A stretch of DNA of 64,000 bases from Opitutaceae bacterium (GCA_051252375.1 JBPOFY010000003.1:160001-224000); one strand, 5' to 3'. Counted from the first letter of the stretch, positions 33,040 to 43,999 are shown. Made by a program: numbers and translations. The notes: generated by a model not told the origin, from the letters alone.

Positions 33040-34284
33040 TTAGAATGAATCGGCTTCTTCGCCGATGTCCATAGCGGAATAGCGTGCAGGCTGAGTTGTT
33101 GAATTTTCCTGAGTATATTCGCTGATTAGTAGCAGCTTAAAGGGGTATTGGATGGCATCTTGTTCACTGGTGGCACCGGTTTTGGGTGTATCACTGTCAG
33201 CGGCACTGCCGGGAGCACTGGCGGCGGTCGATGCCCCCCCTTCTTGGCTACTTTCAAAGTTCGGTTCGACAAGTGCGGATAGGATAAAAGGCGCATTGCC
33301 TCTATTTAAACGGATCGTGATTCGTAGAAGTCCAGCTTCGACCCCACCGGTCTGGGAATTAACGCTGTCGGGAGTGCTGGTTAAGTAGGGTTCATCCAAT
33401 CCATCAAACAGAGTGTCGCTCTGAAAACCCTCTTCCAGTGCGAGTGTTTCGAGCACTTCGCTAGATGCGGCATTGATATTAACCGGACCGGAATTGATGA
33501 CCGAGACGAGGCCTGACAATTGTTCGAATAGTTCGTTTGGGCGTCCGTTTTCATCGAAAAACTCGTCCTCCCACGTTTGTAAATAGCGCAACTCTTCGAG
33601 TGTTTGTAGTGGGCCATTGGCCGCCTTATAGCCTGGATTACGACTGAGATATTCTTCTGATTCGGCACCATTGAGGCGGCGACCATCGTCGGCGTCGATC
33701 CAGTCTAGCAGCGAACTGCTGAGCTCGCGGGCAGTCCCGAAGTCCATATCCAGTTGATCTTCAAGCAGGCTATTGAGCAGTTCTTCACTCATCGTGTTGA
33801 GTGGGAGTTTGCCTCCTTCGTCGGTGATCGTGATTTGCACGTCCCAGTCGTTTGGTATTTTGATGCCCGCATATGCTATGGGGTTTGACCAACCTTGTTC
33901 GGGGGCATGGATTTTGCCATCATCAATGAGGGCGACTTCATGCACGGTAGCGAGTGTGACTTCCAGCATACTATATGCGAAAGCACGCACGTCGGTAGGC
34001 TCGTTAAATATAGATCGATACTCCAGGTCATCGACGGCTTCTTCCATGAATCGAGTGATCAGGAAAGAGAGCAGAAGGATGATTGCCAGGACGGCGACGA
34101 GAATACTGCCGCGCCTGCGCTCGGAAGAGCGGGAAGTGAGAAGAGTTGAGTGGTGGGCCAGTCTCGCCGAGCGCGCAGATTCTGGGTTGTCATTGCCCTG
34201 CTGGCTAAAGATGCCTGGTCGCATTGGCGAACGGCTGGTTCGGCGCGCAAGCGCGACCTTAGATTTGTCTTTAGTGTTCAGCAT
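33040..34284 (-). CDS. gspK: T2SS minor pseudopilin GspK with an unusually long leader
   Basis: RRRG|SILVAVL, DEGGKLPLN, LLDWIDADD, GAES..Y, NGPLQTLEEL, VNINAASSEVL; ATG 34284 is coupled to the gspJ stop. Confidence 0.92.
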   Translation of the reverse strand: MLNTKDKSKVALARRTSRSPMRPGIFSQQGNDNPESARSARLAHHSTLLTSRSSERRRGSILVAVLAIILLLSFLITRFMEEAVDDLEYRSIFNEPTDVRAFAYSMLEVTLATVHEVALIDDGKIHAPEQGWSNPIAYAGIKIPNDWDVQITITDEGGKLPLNTMSEELLNSLLEDQLDMDFGTARELSSSLLDWIDADDGRRLNGAESEEYLSRNPGYKAANGPLQTLEELRYLQTWEDEFFDENGRPNELFEQLSGLVSVINSGPVNINAASSEVLETLALEEGFQSDTLFDGLDEPYLTSTPDSVNSQTGGVEAGLLRITIRLNRGNAPFILSALVEPNFESSQEGGASTAASAPGSAADSDTPKTGATSEQDAIQYPFKLLLISEYTQENSTTQPARYSAMDIGEEADSF

Positions 34285-34285
34285 C

Positions 34286-35092
34286 TTAAAACAACAACGC
34301 ACTGGTTGAAGGGACAGGTATCGTCAGGCTGCGCTCTTTAGTTTCATCTTCATATTCAAAAGTGAGTTTTATGAAACGGGGTAGTAGGAACTCTTCGTCG
34401 CCTTCGCCCTCCATGAGTTTGTCCTCAACCTCCCATTGTTCAATTTTTTCATCCCAATAGACGTATTGTATATCGGTGACAAGTTGACTGATTTCGGTGC
34501 GACGTAAGTCATTAACGTCTTCTACTTCTTCTTGTAAGATCGAATACCAGAGCAAGCTGAGACCTTCGCCATCTTCGAAATGAATAAATGCTTCTATGCC
34601 GATGATGGGCTCATCGTCTAGATTGATTAGGAGTGGTGGGACCTCGATGAGCTTAAAGCTTATGAGAGGGTCTTCGTAATCCGCAGATCCGGGGAGGCGC
34701 CCTAAGCCGACGGGTTCTTCTGAGGATCGCAAGAGACCGCCATTCTCGGATGTGGCTTCGTTGTTGCCGCCCCCAACCTCGAGGCGGACTTCGCCTTCAG
34801 TTGAAGTATCTGTGTTGTCTGTCGTGCTGTCTCCTAAGGCGACTTCCATACCTGCGCTGGTGAAACAGGCGTTGAGGAATTCCGTTACACCGTCGACATG
34901 GTCTTCAAAGAAGTGACGTTCTTCGCGATCCACCCAGATCCTGCTAATCGAGACGACAAACGATGTGGCTGCTGCGAGCACGAAGCCGGTGATTGCGATA
35001 GCAAGTATCACCTCCAGGAGCGTGAACGCGCGCTTTGGGGATTGATTGTCGAACTTTGAATTTCGACCGGTGAATGTATGTGATGATATCAT
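34286..35092 (-). CDS. gspJ: T2SS minor pseudopilin GspJ-like
   Basis: Prepilin site RA|FTLLEVIL; C-terminal LPRFIKLTF typical of GspJ; gene order. Confidence 0.75.
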   Translation of the reverse strand: MISSHTFTGRNSKFDNQSPKRAFTLLEVILAIAITGFVLAAATSFVVSISRIWVDREERHFFEDHVDGVTEFLNACFTSAGMEVALGDSTTDNTDTSTEGEVRLEVGGGNNEATSENGGLLRSSEEPVGLGRLPGSADYEDPLISFKLIEVPPLLINLDDEPIIGIEAFIHFEDGEGLSLLWYSILQEEVEDVNDLRRTEISQLVTDIQYVYWDEKIEQWEVEDKLMEGEGDEEFLLPRFIKLTFEYEDETKERSLTIPVPSTSALLF

Positions 35093-35095
35093 TCG

Positions 35096-35563
35096 TTAGA
35101 AGCTGTCGAAGTCACGTGAATCGAGAAGGTCATCCTTTTTCTCCTGTAGCAGGTCGGATCGTTCGCTCGAATCCGACCATGTTGGACGGAGTAGGTAGAG
35201 CGTCTCTTGGTGTGTCGCCTCCTGTTCCTCTTGTGGGTCAAGGAATTCGATGAATAGTTCTACATGGAAGAGGTCGATGACATTGGTCGGTTCGATCTCT
35301 GCGCGCCATGTGGCTTCGCCGTTGCTCAGTGTTTCAATTTCGGCGCCATCTTCGGCGTCATCGAGATTGGGTGTTAATAGGAGTTGTAGGCGCACTGCGC
35401 GTATGTCGGCGTTGCGTATGTCGTTGCTCTGCACGCGGTCACGCAGAAGCAAGGCGTTGACGAAGGTCGAGCTCAGCACTGTTGCAGCCATCGCAAAGAG
35501 TGCAACGGCGATCACCACTTCGATCAGCGAGAAACCTTTTTTGTGGTGCTTCTGTTTGATCAC
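35096..35563 (-). CDS. gspI: T2SS minor pseudopilin GspI-like
   Basis: KG|FSLIEVVIAVALFA; size and gene order. Confidence 0.75.
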   Translation of the reverse strand: MIKQKHHKKGFSLIEVVIAVALFAMAATVLSSTFVNALLLRDRVQSNDIRNADIRAVRLQLLLTPNLDDAEDGAEIETLSNGEATWRAEIEPTNVIDLFHVELFIEFLDPQEEQEATHQETLYLLRPTWSDSSERSDLLQEKKDDLLDSRDFDSF

Positions 35564-36072
35564 TCGACACTCCTTCTAAGGCTTGAAAAAGGGTCAAAGA
35601 CCATGCGTTCGGGTGTGCCGTTTCCGGTATATATGTCCACGACGAATGGGCTGGAGCTTCGGTCTGGGGCGAATAGCACTTCGGTGGTTTCGAGTTTGGT
35701 TTGCTCAGGGTCACTATATGGGCTGAGCCCACGCGATGGTGGCACCAAATAGAAACGTATTTCACTTTGACCGTTTTCGCTAAATTCAGGACCTAATGGA
35801 TAGGTGGCCCCTGAAGACAAGACGAGCGATCCGCTTTCTTTGTCGACGCTTAGGCGGACAATGGTGCGTTCGCTGGCAGCATCAAATCGAGCCTGTCGAA
35901 TGGCTGCGCGCAGAGATTCCTCCGTGTTCAGTTTGCCTCCGCGATCTGCCATGCTCGCAAAGTTGGCAATCATTAGACTGCCAGCTAGCGCGATCAGACC
36001 GAGAACCAGAATGATCTCGATGATGGAGAATCCGCGTGATACGCGTGTTCGATTACCAATTGCCGATGTCAT
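35560..36072 (-). CDS. gspH: T2SS minor pseudopilin GspH-like
   Basis: RG|FSIIEIILVL, then RQARFDA and VLFAPD..SSP; gene order. Confidence 0.75.
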   Translation of the reverse strand: MTSAIGNRTRVSRGFSIIEIILVLGLIALAGSLMIANFASMADRGGKLNTEESLRAAIRQARFDAASERTIVRLSVDKESGSLVLSSGATYPLGPEFSENGQSEIRFYLVPPSRGLSPYSDPEQTKLETTEVLFAPDRSSSPFVVDIYTGNGTPERMVFDPFSSLRRSVE

Positions 36073-36502
36073 CGGCGCTTTCTACTCCGTCGGTTCCGAA
36101 GGACCATACATCATAACCTTTGGCACCATTGATGTTCTTTGTGCCAGGATAGCGATATTGATAAGGGTTATCCCAAGGATCCATTGGGAGTTCCTCTAGG
36201 TAAGGACCCTTCCATTTTCCTTCTTTTCCGGCAGGTGCAGTTATTAAAGCTTTTAGTCCTTGTTCCGTCGTTGGGTAGTTGCCCATATCCAACTTATAGG
36301 GGACGACGCCGAGTTTGACGGTTTGACTGACGAAGATGTCAGCGACTTTCTCTTGCTGGCCACCAAAGATACCGCCGATATTGCCGACCACGAGTGTCAA
36401 AAGCAGGGCGATGAGACCGATGACGAAGAGAATCTCAATCAAACTGAAACCGCTACGACGGCTCGGATGTTGTTTGGAGAGTAAGGAATGTGTTGTTTGC
36501 AT
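36053..36502 (-). CDS. gspG: T2SS major pseudopilin GspG
   Basis: SG|FSLIEIL, YKLDMGNYPTTEQGLKAL, WKGPYL, DPWDNPYQYRYPG, SFGTDG..DDIGNW; start placed at ATG 36502. Confidence 0.95.
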   Translation of the reverse strand: MQTTHSLLSKQHPSRRSGFSLIEILFVIGLIALLLTLVVGNIGGIFGGQQEKVADIFVSQTVKLGVVPYKLDMGNYPTTEQGLKALITAPAGKEGKWKGPYLEELPMDPWDNPYQYRYPGTKNINGAKGYDVWSFGTDGVESADDIGNW

Positions 36503-36586
36503 AATTAAAAACAGTGGGGTGACTCGTGTCTGACAGCTCAATTCATACGAAGTGCCAAACTTTCTGCATAGCAGAAATAAGGTGAC

Positions 36587-37057
36587 TTAAGAGCCGAAAG
36601 GAGGGCGTGAAAAGGGCGAGCGAGTGCGAGAAGGACCTTCATCGCGGATTTTGACGACTTCGTCGTAGATTTCCGGACTGAAGAATTGCTCACCTTTGCG
36701 GACTGCTTCAATTGCCTTTTTGAGTTCTTCCAAGCCGGAAATCTTATTGATAAAGCCATCGGCTTTGCCATGGACTGCGATTTTAACGGTTTGGTGAGAG
36801 GTTTTGCCTGTGAATATCAGTATTTTGATATTTGGAAATTTACGTTTGAGCAGGTGTAGAATCTCCAATCCGTTGACTTCCGGGAGTTGGATATCGACGA
36901 TGACGAGGTCGGGTGCGAGCTCAAGGCATTGCTCGGCGCCTTCGCCACCGTCGCCAGACATTCCGATGACTTCTAATTCCGGGAATGTGGTTGCGAAAAA
37001 CGTGGAGAGTAGATTGCGGAGAATCTCTTCATCTTCAATTATATAAACGGTTTTCAT
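36587..37057 (-). CDS. Response regulator, NarL-type receiver domain without an HTH
   Basis: IIEDE, IVDIQLPEVNG (phospho-Asp), FT, GFINK, then EQFFSPEI and a short tail. Confidence 0.88.
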   Translation of the reverse strand: MKTVYIIEDEEILRNLLSTFFATTFPELEVIGMSGDGGEGAEQCLELAPDLVIVDIQLPEVNGLEILHLLKRKFPNIKILIFTGKTSHQTVKIAVHGKADGFINKISGLEELKKAIEAVRKGEQFFSPEIYDEVVKIRDEGPSRTRSPFSRPPFGS

Positions 37058-37148
37058 AGGTGTCTCAAGTAGGCAGTGTATCTTTAACTAAGTAAGTTTC
37101 TTGAATATCTTAGTGTCGAGGGTTTTTCGACGGAATTATGCAAAACAA

Positions 37149-37164
37149 TGGCGCAATGACTGCT
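37149..37164 (+). promoter_or_regulatory. Candidate sigma-54 promoter upstream of the MoxR operon
   Basis: TGGCGC-AATGA-CTGCT fits GG-N10-GC, about 90 bp before the ATG. Confidence 0.35.
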
Positions 37165-37256
37165 TGTGAATAGACTGTTAAATCAAGTTCGTTAGTAATG
37201 TCAGTATTGCATGCTTCGTATTGCTTTGGAGATAGTTTCAATTAATATACCTATTT

Positions 37257-38225
37257 ATGAGTTCTAAGACAGTTATCCCGGCACCACGCGCGTTTGAGAC
37301 GGTTGAGCGATTGCGCAAAAACATCGAACGGACAATACGCGGCAAAACAGAGGCCGTGGATAAGGTAATTACCTGTTTGCTAGCTGGAGGGCATATACTG
37401 ATTGAAGATTTGCCGGGATTAGGGAAGACCACGCTGGCATATTGCTTGGCACGCTCCATCGATTGTAGTTTTTCCCGCATACAGTTTACCAGCGACATGC
37501 TACCTTCCGACATTATCGGGGTGTCCATCTATGACGAGCGTGAGCGAGAATTCACTTTCAAGCGCGGGCCGATCTTTGCAAATGTCGTGCTAGCCGATGA
37601 AATCAATCGGACCACTCCCAAGACGCAGTCGAGTTTACTTGAAGTCATGGGGCGGGCGAAGATATCTGTTGATGGTCAGACCTATACCGTGCCACCTCCT
37701 TTTATGGTCATTGCCACTCAAAATCCGGTGGATTACGAAGGCACCTTCCCGTTGCCCGAAAGTCAGATGGATCGATTCCTTATGCGTATCGAAATGGGGT
37801 ATCCTGAATTTGAATACGAGTTAGATATTTTAAAAGACGGACACTTGCACTATGATAACTTAGAGGCTTCGCCAGTCGTTTCGAAGAAAGAGATATTAGA
37901 GCTGCAGGGGTTTACTCGCGACGTGTTCATCGAAGATACGGTCTATGAGTATATTGTGAAGCTCGTCACGGCGACACGCGCGGAATCTGAATTCCGGTCC
38001 GGAGTGAGTCCTCGCGGGACATTGTCTTTAAAGGCAGCCGCGCAAGCGCAGGCACTCGCTCAAGGGCGTGCTTTTGTTATGCCAGAGGACGTGCAGGCGC
38101 TGGTGCTTCCTGTCTGGGGGCATCGCTTAGCGTTGCGTAAGCCGATGTCTGACCCGATGGAAGAACGGCGCTCAGTGGAAGGGCTTTTGCAAAAGATCGT
38201 CGAAGCCACCCCTGAGCCCACCTAA
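37257..38225 (+). CDS. MoxR-family AAA+ ATPase
   Basis: [58 protein letters not shown]. Confidence 0.95.
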   Translation: MSSKTVIPAPRAFETVERLRKNIERTIRGKTEAVDKVITCLLAGGHILIEDLPGLGKTTLAYCLARSIDCSFSRIQFTSDMLPSDIIGVSIYDEREREFTFKRGPIFANVVLADEINRTTPKTQSSLLEVMGRAKISVDGQTYTVPPPFMVIATQNPVDYEGTFPLPESQMDRFLMRIEMGYPEFEYELDILKDGHLHYDNLEASPVVSKKEILELQGFTRDVFIEDTVYEYIVKLVTATRAESEFRSGVSPRGTLSLKAAAQAQALAQGRAFVMPEDVQALVLPVWGHRLALRKPMSDPMEERRSVEGLLQKIVEATPEPT

Positions 38226-38311
38226 GTGAGTGGCATCCATTCCTACACTGTCTTGCGCATGGGGCTTTCCTATCGCAACCATGGGTTCTGGAATCATTGA
38301 ATAACCGTATT

Positions 38312-39463
38312 ATGTTGAATCGGAATGAAGAGTTGCAGCGCTGGCATGACTGGACCAGCCCAGACTTTTTTGAAACCACGAGTGACCGAGAGACGCCTGT
38401 GGTGCCTTTGTTTTTGAGGCAATTATTACCTGTTCGGTTCCAGAAGACCAAGCTGACCATGATTGGTTGGATGTTGGTGATCGTCGCGATGGGTATCGGT
38501 TCGGCGGCTTATAATACCGCCAGCAATATTTTGTTTATGACACTCTCGCTGCTACTCAGTAGTTTGGTTTTGAGCGGCATACTTTCTTTGATTAATTTTC
38601 GAAGCCTCCAGTGGAGCATGGGGGCTCCTCGTCACTTACAGGTCGGTGAAGTCGGCATGGCTGAGGTGGAAGTTAGGAATAATAAGCAAGTATTTCCAAC
38701 TTTGGGCATTTGTTTCGAAGTCGGGAGTTCTGCATCAGATAAAGCCGAGCACTTATACTTAAATCATGCGATCAAAGCGGGTGATGCCGTGAAATTGGAT
38801 TGGACTTTTATTCCGCGTAAACGAGGGCGCTGTGAGATATTTCTTTCCGGAGTCGAATCACAATTTCCATTTGGTTTTCTTAAGAAGATAATGGGGCACG
38901 AACTCAGGGAAGAAGTCTTAGTTTGGCCGCAGCAAATCGACTATATGTTTACCCTCGAGAACAATGGGCAGCGAATTCTCTCCGGAAATTCGAAGCGTAA
39001 TGCAGGTCTGGGTAGTGATTTACTCAACTTAAGGCCTTACGCACCTGGAGACCCTCCTAGGCTGGTTCATTGGAAAGCGACGGCGCGCTTAGGGAAATTG
39101 ATGATTCGTCAATTAGCTCAAGAAGGAGAGGGCGGCTATCACCTAATTTTGGATACGGACAGTCAGCAATGGAACGATGAGGTATTTGAGACCTTATGCT
39201 CTCTGGTATGTTCATTAGCCGATGCGCTCTTTCATGCTGGTCGATTGGAGACTGTCGTCGTGAATGGGGCGTCACCATTGAGTATTCGCGGTTTACGCGA
39301 CTTACATGACTTTTATGATTGCTTGGCTCTATTGGAAACCGTGCCGCATGGCGTGGCATCTGTAGAGATGTCGCGTGGCAATCAAATAACTTTTCGACCG
39401 TTGGGGGAGCGGGGTGTAGCGATTTATGTCGATGAGACACAAGCAGGTCAGACTCACGACTGA
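38312..39463 (+). CDS. DUF58 domain membrane protein
   Basis: Two TM helices, RG....FPFG, LRPYAPGDPPRLVHWKATAR; follows MoxR. Confidence 0.88.
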   Translation: MLNRNEELQRWHDWTSPDFFETTSDRETPVVPLFLRQLLPVRFQKTKLTMIGWMLVIVAMGIGSAAYNTASNILFMTLSLLLSSLVLSGILSLINFRSLQWSMGAPRHLQVGEVGMAEVEVRNNKQVFPTLGICFEVGSSASDKAEHLYLNHAIKAGDAVKLDWTFIPRKRGRCEIFLSGVESQFPFGFLKKIMGHELREEVLVWPQQIDYMFTLENNGQRILSGNSKRNAGLGSDLLNLRPYAPGDPPRLVHWKATARLGKLMIRQLAQEGEGGYHLILDTDSQQWNDEVFETLCSLVCSLADALFHAGRLETVVVNGASPLSIRGLRDLHDFYDCLALLETVPHGVASVEMSRGNQITFRPLGERGVAIYVDETQAGQTHD

Positions 39464-41627
39464 GGAGTCCAACCAAGTGAAGTGGTTGTTGGGGAGCCTG
39501 CTAGGTTTGCTTTCACTTTGGTCGCTTTGGTCGCTCGATTTGCAGAGCGGTCTGTATGTCATCGTCGGTGTGCTTTGCGTGGCCTACAGCTTAGTGCTAC
39601 CGCAACACGTGTCTCGTTTGCCTGTGCGAATTTGGCGACCCGTTGGCTTCGTGCTCTTCTTGATTGTCGGCATGGATTTCGTCATTCACTTGCCTGAGTT
39701 TATGCCACCGCTGGTGCGTATGGTTGTCATGCTCTTAGTGTATCGGACTTTCGCTCCGCGACATCGCCGTGAGGATTTGCAGTTGGTGTTGTTGTCCTTG
39801 TTTTGCCTGGTGATTTCTGGGGTATTAACGGTTTCCCTACTGTTTGCATTTCAAATTCTCATCTTCACGCCGGTGGCGATGAGCATGCTGTTTTTGATTT
39901 GCTTATTGGATCGTCATAACGCCGCTGACACACCTGCAGTCAGTTGGGAGCGGTTCAGCCATCGGAGATTATTGCGCCGCCTATTCCTTATTCTGGATTA
40001 TAAGGTTTTGTTTTTGGGCAGCCTGATGTTTGCATTTGTTGTGGCGGTTTCTACGGTTTTATTCATCCTGACTCCACGGTTCAATATCGAGCAGGCGATT
40101 CCCTATTTGCAGATAAAGACGCAACCAAAGGCGGGATTTAGCGAGAATGTGAAATTGGGCAAAGTTTCTGAAATCGCATCGGATCGTTCGGTAGCAATGC
40201 GTGTCGATGTGCCTTCACTTGAAGCAATTGATCCGTCTCCATATTGGCGTATATTGACTTTGGATAAATATGATTCTGGTAATTTCCGAACATCGAATAG
40301 TTTAAAGGGATCCGCATTTCGGACATATCCGAGAACACGGGAATTGATGGGGCGAGATATGGTGAGTAGCGATGTCAAGCTAGGGCGTGAATCCGGTGAT
40401 CGGTGGACATTATATTTAGAGGGTGGAGTGGCTCAGTTTTTACCAATCCCAGGTTTATTTCATTCGATGCGTTTTGAAGGTGTTCAGGATTTAAGAGTGC
40501 TCCCGGGGCTGCATCACGTCGGACTAGATTCTGTCAGGCAGCGGGTGTTTTCGTATCAAATTGAGGATTTAAGATGGACGCACCGCTTTCCTGCGTTGCC
40601 ATTGGAAAGGGATGCGTTTGCAGCGCTCCCGATGTCCGTCGAGGGGGATGATTTAGATTATCCATTAACAACGCTAGAGTTGATCTTGAATGAGGTGGAT
40701 CGTGCATTTCTCACAGACTTGAATGCATCGATTGTTGGATCGTCGGAGGCTTTGGATGCTGCGAGTTATAGTGAGCAGGTGACGAACTATTTATGGCGTC
40801 GCTATAAATATACGCTAACGCCTGAACCAATCGATGAGAATGTAGATGCTGTGGTCGGCTGGTTGCGTGACAGTAAAGCCGGGCATTGTGAGTATTTTGC
40901 TGGGGCGTTTATTTTATTGGCGCGCGATGCGGGTTATCCTGCGCGTATGGTGGTTGGTTTTTCTGGTGGCGCATGGAATGTGGTGGAGGAGTATTTTGTC
41001 ATTCGAAACGACAATGCCCATGCGTGGGTTGAAATTTATGATGCTGAGACGAATGAGTGGCTTCGTGTGGATCCGACTCCGGGCAGTGGTTCCAGTAATC
41101 CGGATGTATCGACTCCTGGATCGCAGATATATGAGGCTGGTTGGGATGCTTGGCTCGATAGCTTACGAATTCAGTGGTATCGGCGTGTGGTGAATTTTGA
41201 TCAGAGGGATCAACTCGATATGGCGGTCACCATGAAAGATGCGTGGGATGATATCGCGAAGCAGTTCAGCGAGCGGATGAAAGTGCTTGGTGAGCGCCTA
41301 AAGAGCTGGTGGAAACAACCATTCAGTAGGAGTAGTTGGATACTGGTCGGCTATGTGGCGTTGATCGTTGGTGGTGTATCTATGCTCTGGTGGGTTCGAT
41401 ACAGTATCTTGGGGCTCTTGCATCGTTTATTGAGACGACCTAAAGCATTGGACCCCGTGCGGCGACAAGCAGGACGCTATTTGAAGCGGATGAAGCTGAA
41501 AGGCTTGAACACTGCCACGACTAAGGAGCTGGAAGCCTTACGATTCGGTCCAGAGGTGGATCGTAAGTCGGCGCTACCTATTTTCCGTGAAGCGAGGCGC
41601 GCGTTACGTGCACGCCGTAAGGGCTAG
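39426..41627 (+). CDS. Transglutaminase-like membrane protein (TgpA/DUF3488 type)
   Basis: N-terminal TM bundle, [35 protein letters not shown] (Cys-His-Asp triad). Confidence 0.92.
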   Translation: MSMRHKQVRLTTEESNQVKWLLGSLLGLLSLWSLWSLDLQSGLYVIVGVLCVAYSLVLPQHVSRLPVRIWRPVGFVLFLIVGMDFVIHLPEFMPPLVRMVVMLLVYRTFAPRHRREDLQLVLLSLFCLVISGVLTVSLLFAFQILIFTPVAMSMLFLICLLDRHNAADTPAVSWERFSHRRLLRRLFLILDYKVLFLGSLMFAFVVAVSTVLFILTPRFNIEQAIPYLQIKTQPKAGFSENVKLGKVSEIASDRSVAMRVDVPSLEAIDPSPYWRILTLDKYDSGNFRTSNSLKGSAFRTYPRTRELMGRDMVSSDVKLGRESGDRWTLYLEGGVAQFLPIPGLFHSMRFEGVQDLRVLPGLHHVGLDSVRQRVFSYQIEDLRWTHRFPALPLERDAFAALPMSVEGDDLDYPLTTLELILNEVDRAFLTDLNASIVGSSEALDAASYSEQVTNYLWRRYKYTLTPEPIDENVDAVVGWLRDSKAGHCEYFAGAFILLARDAGYPARMVVGFSGGAWNVVEEYFVIRNDNAHAWVEIYDAETNEWLRVDPTPGSGSSNPDVSTPGSQIYEAGWDAWLDSLRIQWYRRVVNFDQRDQLDMAVTMKDAWDDIAKQFSERMKVLGERLKSWWKQPFSRSSWILVGYVALIVGGVSMLWWVRYSILGLLHRLLRRPKALDPVRRQAGRYLKRMKLKGLNTATTKELEALRFGPEVDRKSALPIFREARRALRARRKG

Positions 41628-42061
41628 GCGCCGAGGCGAATGGTATGCGACTGATTGCTGTCGATGCCGAGGTAGAGATGCCAGGCATCATCGGGCAGGC
41701 TGTCTGCGACACGCTCCGGCCATTCGACCGCGAGGCACCATGGTGGCTTGATGAAGTCGTCGATCATCAATGCATCGAGGTCGGCACCGGACTCGAGCCG
41801 GTAGGCATCGAGGTGGATGAGTTGGCGACTGCCTTGGTAGAGTGTGTAGAGATTGAATGTCGGGCTGGTGACAGCTTCATTGATTGCCCAAGCGCGTGCC
41901 ATGCCGCGAATGAAAGTTGTTTTGCCAGCACCTAGATCGCCGTGGAAGGCGAGCACGGTATCGTCGGGCACATAGGTCGCAAAATCGCGAGCGATTTGCT
42001 CGGTGGCTTCGGCGCTTTCTGTCACGATGCCGTGCTTGAGCTGTTGTATGATATCCGTCAT
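41624..42061 (-). CDS. tsaE: tRNA t6A biosynthesis ATPase TsaE
   Basis: [28 protein letters not shown]. Confidence 0.95.
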   Translation of the reverse strand: MTDIIQQLKHGIVTESAEATEQIARDFATYVPDDTVLAFHGDLGAGKTTFIRGMARAWAINEAVTSPTFNLYTLYQGSRQLIHLDAYRLESGADLDALMIDDFIKPPWCLAVEWPERVADSLPDDAWHLYLGIDSNQSHTIRLGA

Positions 42062-43032
42062 TCAGGCACTAAATGGCGATACCCGTGAATCCATGGCAAG
42101 GATTCATTGTTTGCGGCATTTAAATATATTCCTGCATCATCTGCTTCGATGAATTGACCAATTTTGCTTAATTTGACCTGAGGGAACTCTGCCTGCCATT
42201 GTGCTTCAAAGTCCGCATTGGCGGCTTTTCCATCGACGACAAAAAGTAGTTCGTAGTCTTCGCCATCGCAGAACGCGTGCTCCATGGGTTCCTTGCCCGT
42301 GCTAGCAGCAAGTGTTTCGGCATCCTTTGAGACTGGAATATTCTTCAGGTATAGCTGCGCTGAGCTGTTGTCGGGCATGATCGCTTGCAGGTCTTTCGCC
42401 ATCCCATCGGTGATGTCGAGCATGGCACGGCATTCAGCTCGTGCGGCTAACCAGCGACCTTCATCGAGGCGCGGCATGAATGCATAGTGCTTCTTCAGAA
42501 TGCTGCCGCCCAGTTGCCCCGTCACGTAGATCGCATCGCCAACTTTCGCGCCACTGCGTAGTAGTGGTTTTTCGACGGTGCCAACGAGGGTTAAGGCTGA
42601 GGAGAATTGCCCAGCGGGCAGGGTGCTCACATCGCCACCCACGATGGAGAGTGCAAAGTGTTCGCAGGTCTGGCGTATGCCAGCGAAGAATGCTTCTAGC
42701 CAATCGATTGAAATGTCGGGTCCGCAGAGTAGGGCGAGCACGGCATGGCTGGGCGTGCCTCCCATCGCAGCGATGTCACTTAGGTTGCGTTTGATCAACT
42801 TTGCGCCGGCATCGTGCGCGGAAACAGTGGTGTCGAAATGAATGCCGTAAGTCAGCGTATCTGTGGTGATGATTTGCTTGAGGCCATTTGACGGTGTGAT
42901 GACCGCGCAGTCATCTCCCATGCCTTCGGGGCTCGGTGGACTCACTGGACCTAGCCAACGATGGATCATCTGAATCAAGGTGACTTCATCGAGAGCCCCT
43001 AGGTTATGATCTTTGTCGGTAAATAGGTTCAT
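42058..43032 (-). CDS. thiL: Thiamine-monophosphate kinase
   Basis: [46 protein letters not shown]. Confidence 0.95.
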   Translation of the reverse strand: MNLFTDKDHNLGALDEVTLIQMIHRWLGPVSPPSPEGMGDDCAVITPSNGLKQIITTDTLTYGIHFDTTVSAHDAGAKLIKRNLSDIAAMGGTPSHAVLALLCGPDISIDWLEAFFAGIRQTCEHFALSIVGGDVSTLPAGQFSSALTLVGTVEKPLLRSGAKVGDAIYVTGQLGGSILKKHYAFMPRLDEGRWLAARAECRAMLDITDGMAKDLQAIMPDNSSAQLYLKNIPVSKDAETLAASTGKEPMEHAFCDGEDYELLFVVDGKAANADFEAQWQAEFPQVKLSKIGQFIEADDAGIYLNAANNESLPWIHGYRHLVPE

Positions 43033-43045
43033 TGACTTGATTCGA

Positions 43046-43834
43046 TTAGAATTTCAATTCTAGCGTGACTGGGCAGTGGTCAGACCCGAGCACGTCGGGT
43101 TGTATGCCTGCTTGAGTGATGGCATTTTGTATGTCGCCTGAAACACAGAAATAGTCGATTCGCCACCCGATGTTTCTTTGCCGTGCCGCTGCGCGATAGG
43201 ACCACCAGCTGTAGCGCTCGGTTTCATCCGGGTGTAGGTGGCGAAAACTATCCACGAAGCCGGCTTCGAGGATAGCATCGAAGCGCGTGCGTTCTTCATC
43301 GGTGAAGCCGGCGTTTTTTCGATTTGTTTTTGGGTTGGCTAAATCGATCTCGGTGTGGGCGACATTCAAATCGCCGCAGAAAACGACTGGCTTGTCGGCT
43401 TCGAGGCTTTTGACGTGAGCCAGGAAATCGACATCCCACTCGGTGGTCCGGTAGTCGAGGCGACGAGGGCGCTTGTTCTCGTCGTGGTTTTGCGAGTTGG
43501 GCGTATAGACCGTCACTAGGAAATAGTCTTCGAATTCGGCAGTGATCACTCGACCTTCTTTGTCATGTTTCTCGATGCCGAGTCCGTAGCGCACGGAGAG
43601 GGGCTCGATTTTGCTCAAAATCGCGGTGCCGGAGTAGCCTTTTTTCTCTGCGCAATTCCAGTAGGTGTGTGGGTATTCTGGAAACTGGAAACCTGAGACG
43701 AGGTCGTCTGAAATTTTGGTTTCCTGTAGGCAGATGACGTCCGGAGCATGTAATTCGAGAAAGGATTCAAAGCCTTTTTTGATGACTGCGCGCAGTCCAT
43801 TTACATTCCATGAGGTGAGATTTTTCGGTGACAT
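43046..43834 (-). CDS. xth: Exodeoxyribonuclease III / AP endonuclease
   Basis: [51 protein letters not shown]. Confidence 0.97.
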   Translation of the reverse strand: MSPKNLTSWNVNGLRAVIKKGFESFLELHAPDVICLQETKISDDLVSGFQFPEYPHTYWNCAEKKGYSGTAILSKIEPLSVRYGLGIEKHDKEGRVITAEFEDYFLVTVYTPNSQNHDENKRPRRLDYRTTEWDVDFLAHVKSLEADKPVVFCGDLNVAHTEIDLANPKTNRKNAGFTDEERTRFDAILEAGFVDSFRHLHPDETERYSWWSYRAAARQRNIGWRIDYFCVSGDIQNAITQAGIQPDVLGSDHCPVTLELKF

Positions 43835-43963
43835 TCCCTGATATTTGTGTCCGCTCTATGCTGAAAAGCGACAGAATTTCCGTCACAATATTGATGCTTT
43901 TGTAAATAATTCATTAATAGGGGATTATGCTCCCCTTGTAGTTCTTATCATTAGCGAATAAGA

Positions 43964-43993
43964 TTGCTTCTGAGCCTTATAAAGCTGTATTAT
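43964..43993 (+). promoter_or_regulatory. Candidate sigma-70 promoter of pilin cassette 1 (leaderless)
   Basis: TTGCTT-N18-TATTAT; ATG 44000 starts 7 nt after the last base of the -10 box, with no SD. Confidence 0.5.
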
Positions 43994-43999
43994 AAGTGC

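Noticed and set aside
43033..43045. TPP riboswitch ahead of thiL
   Set aside because: Only 13 bp separate xth from thiL.
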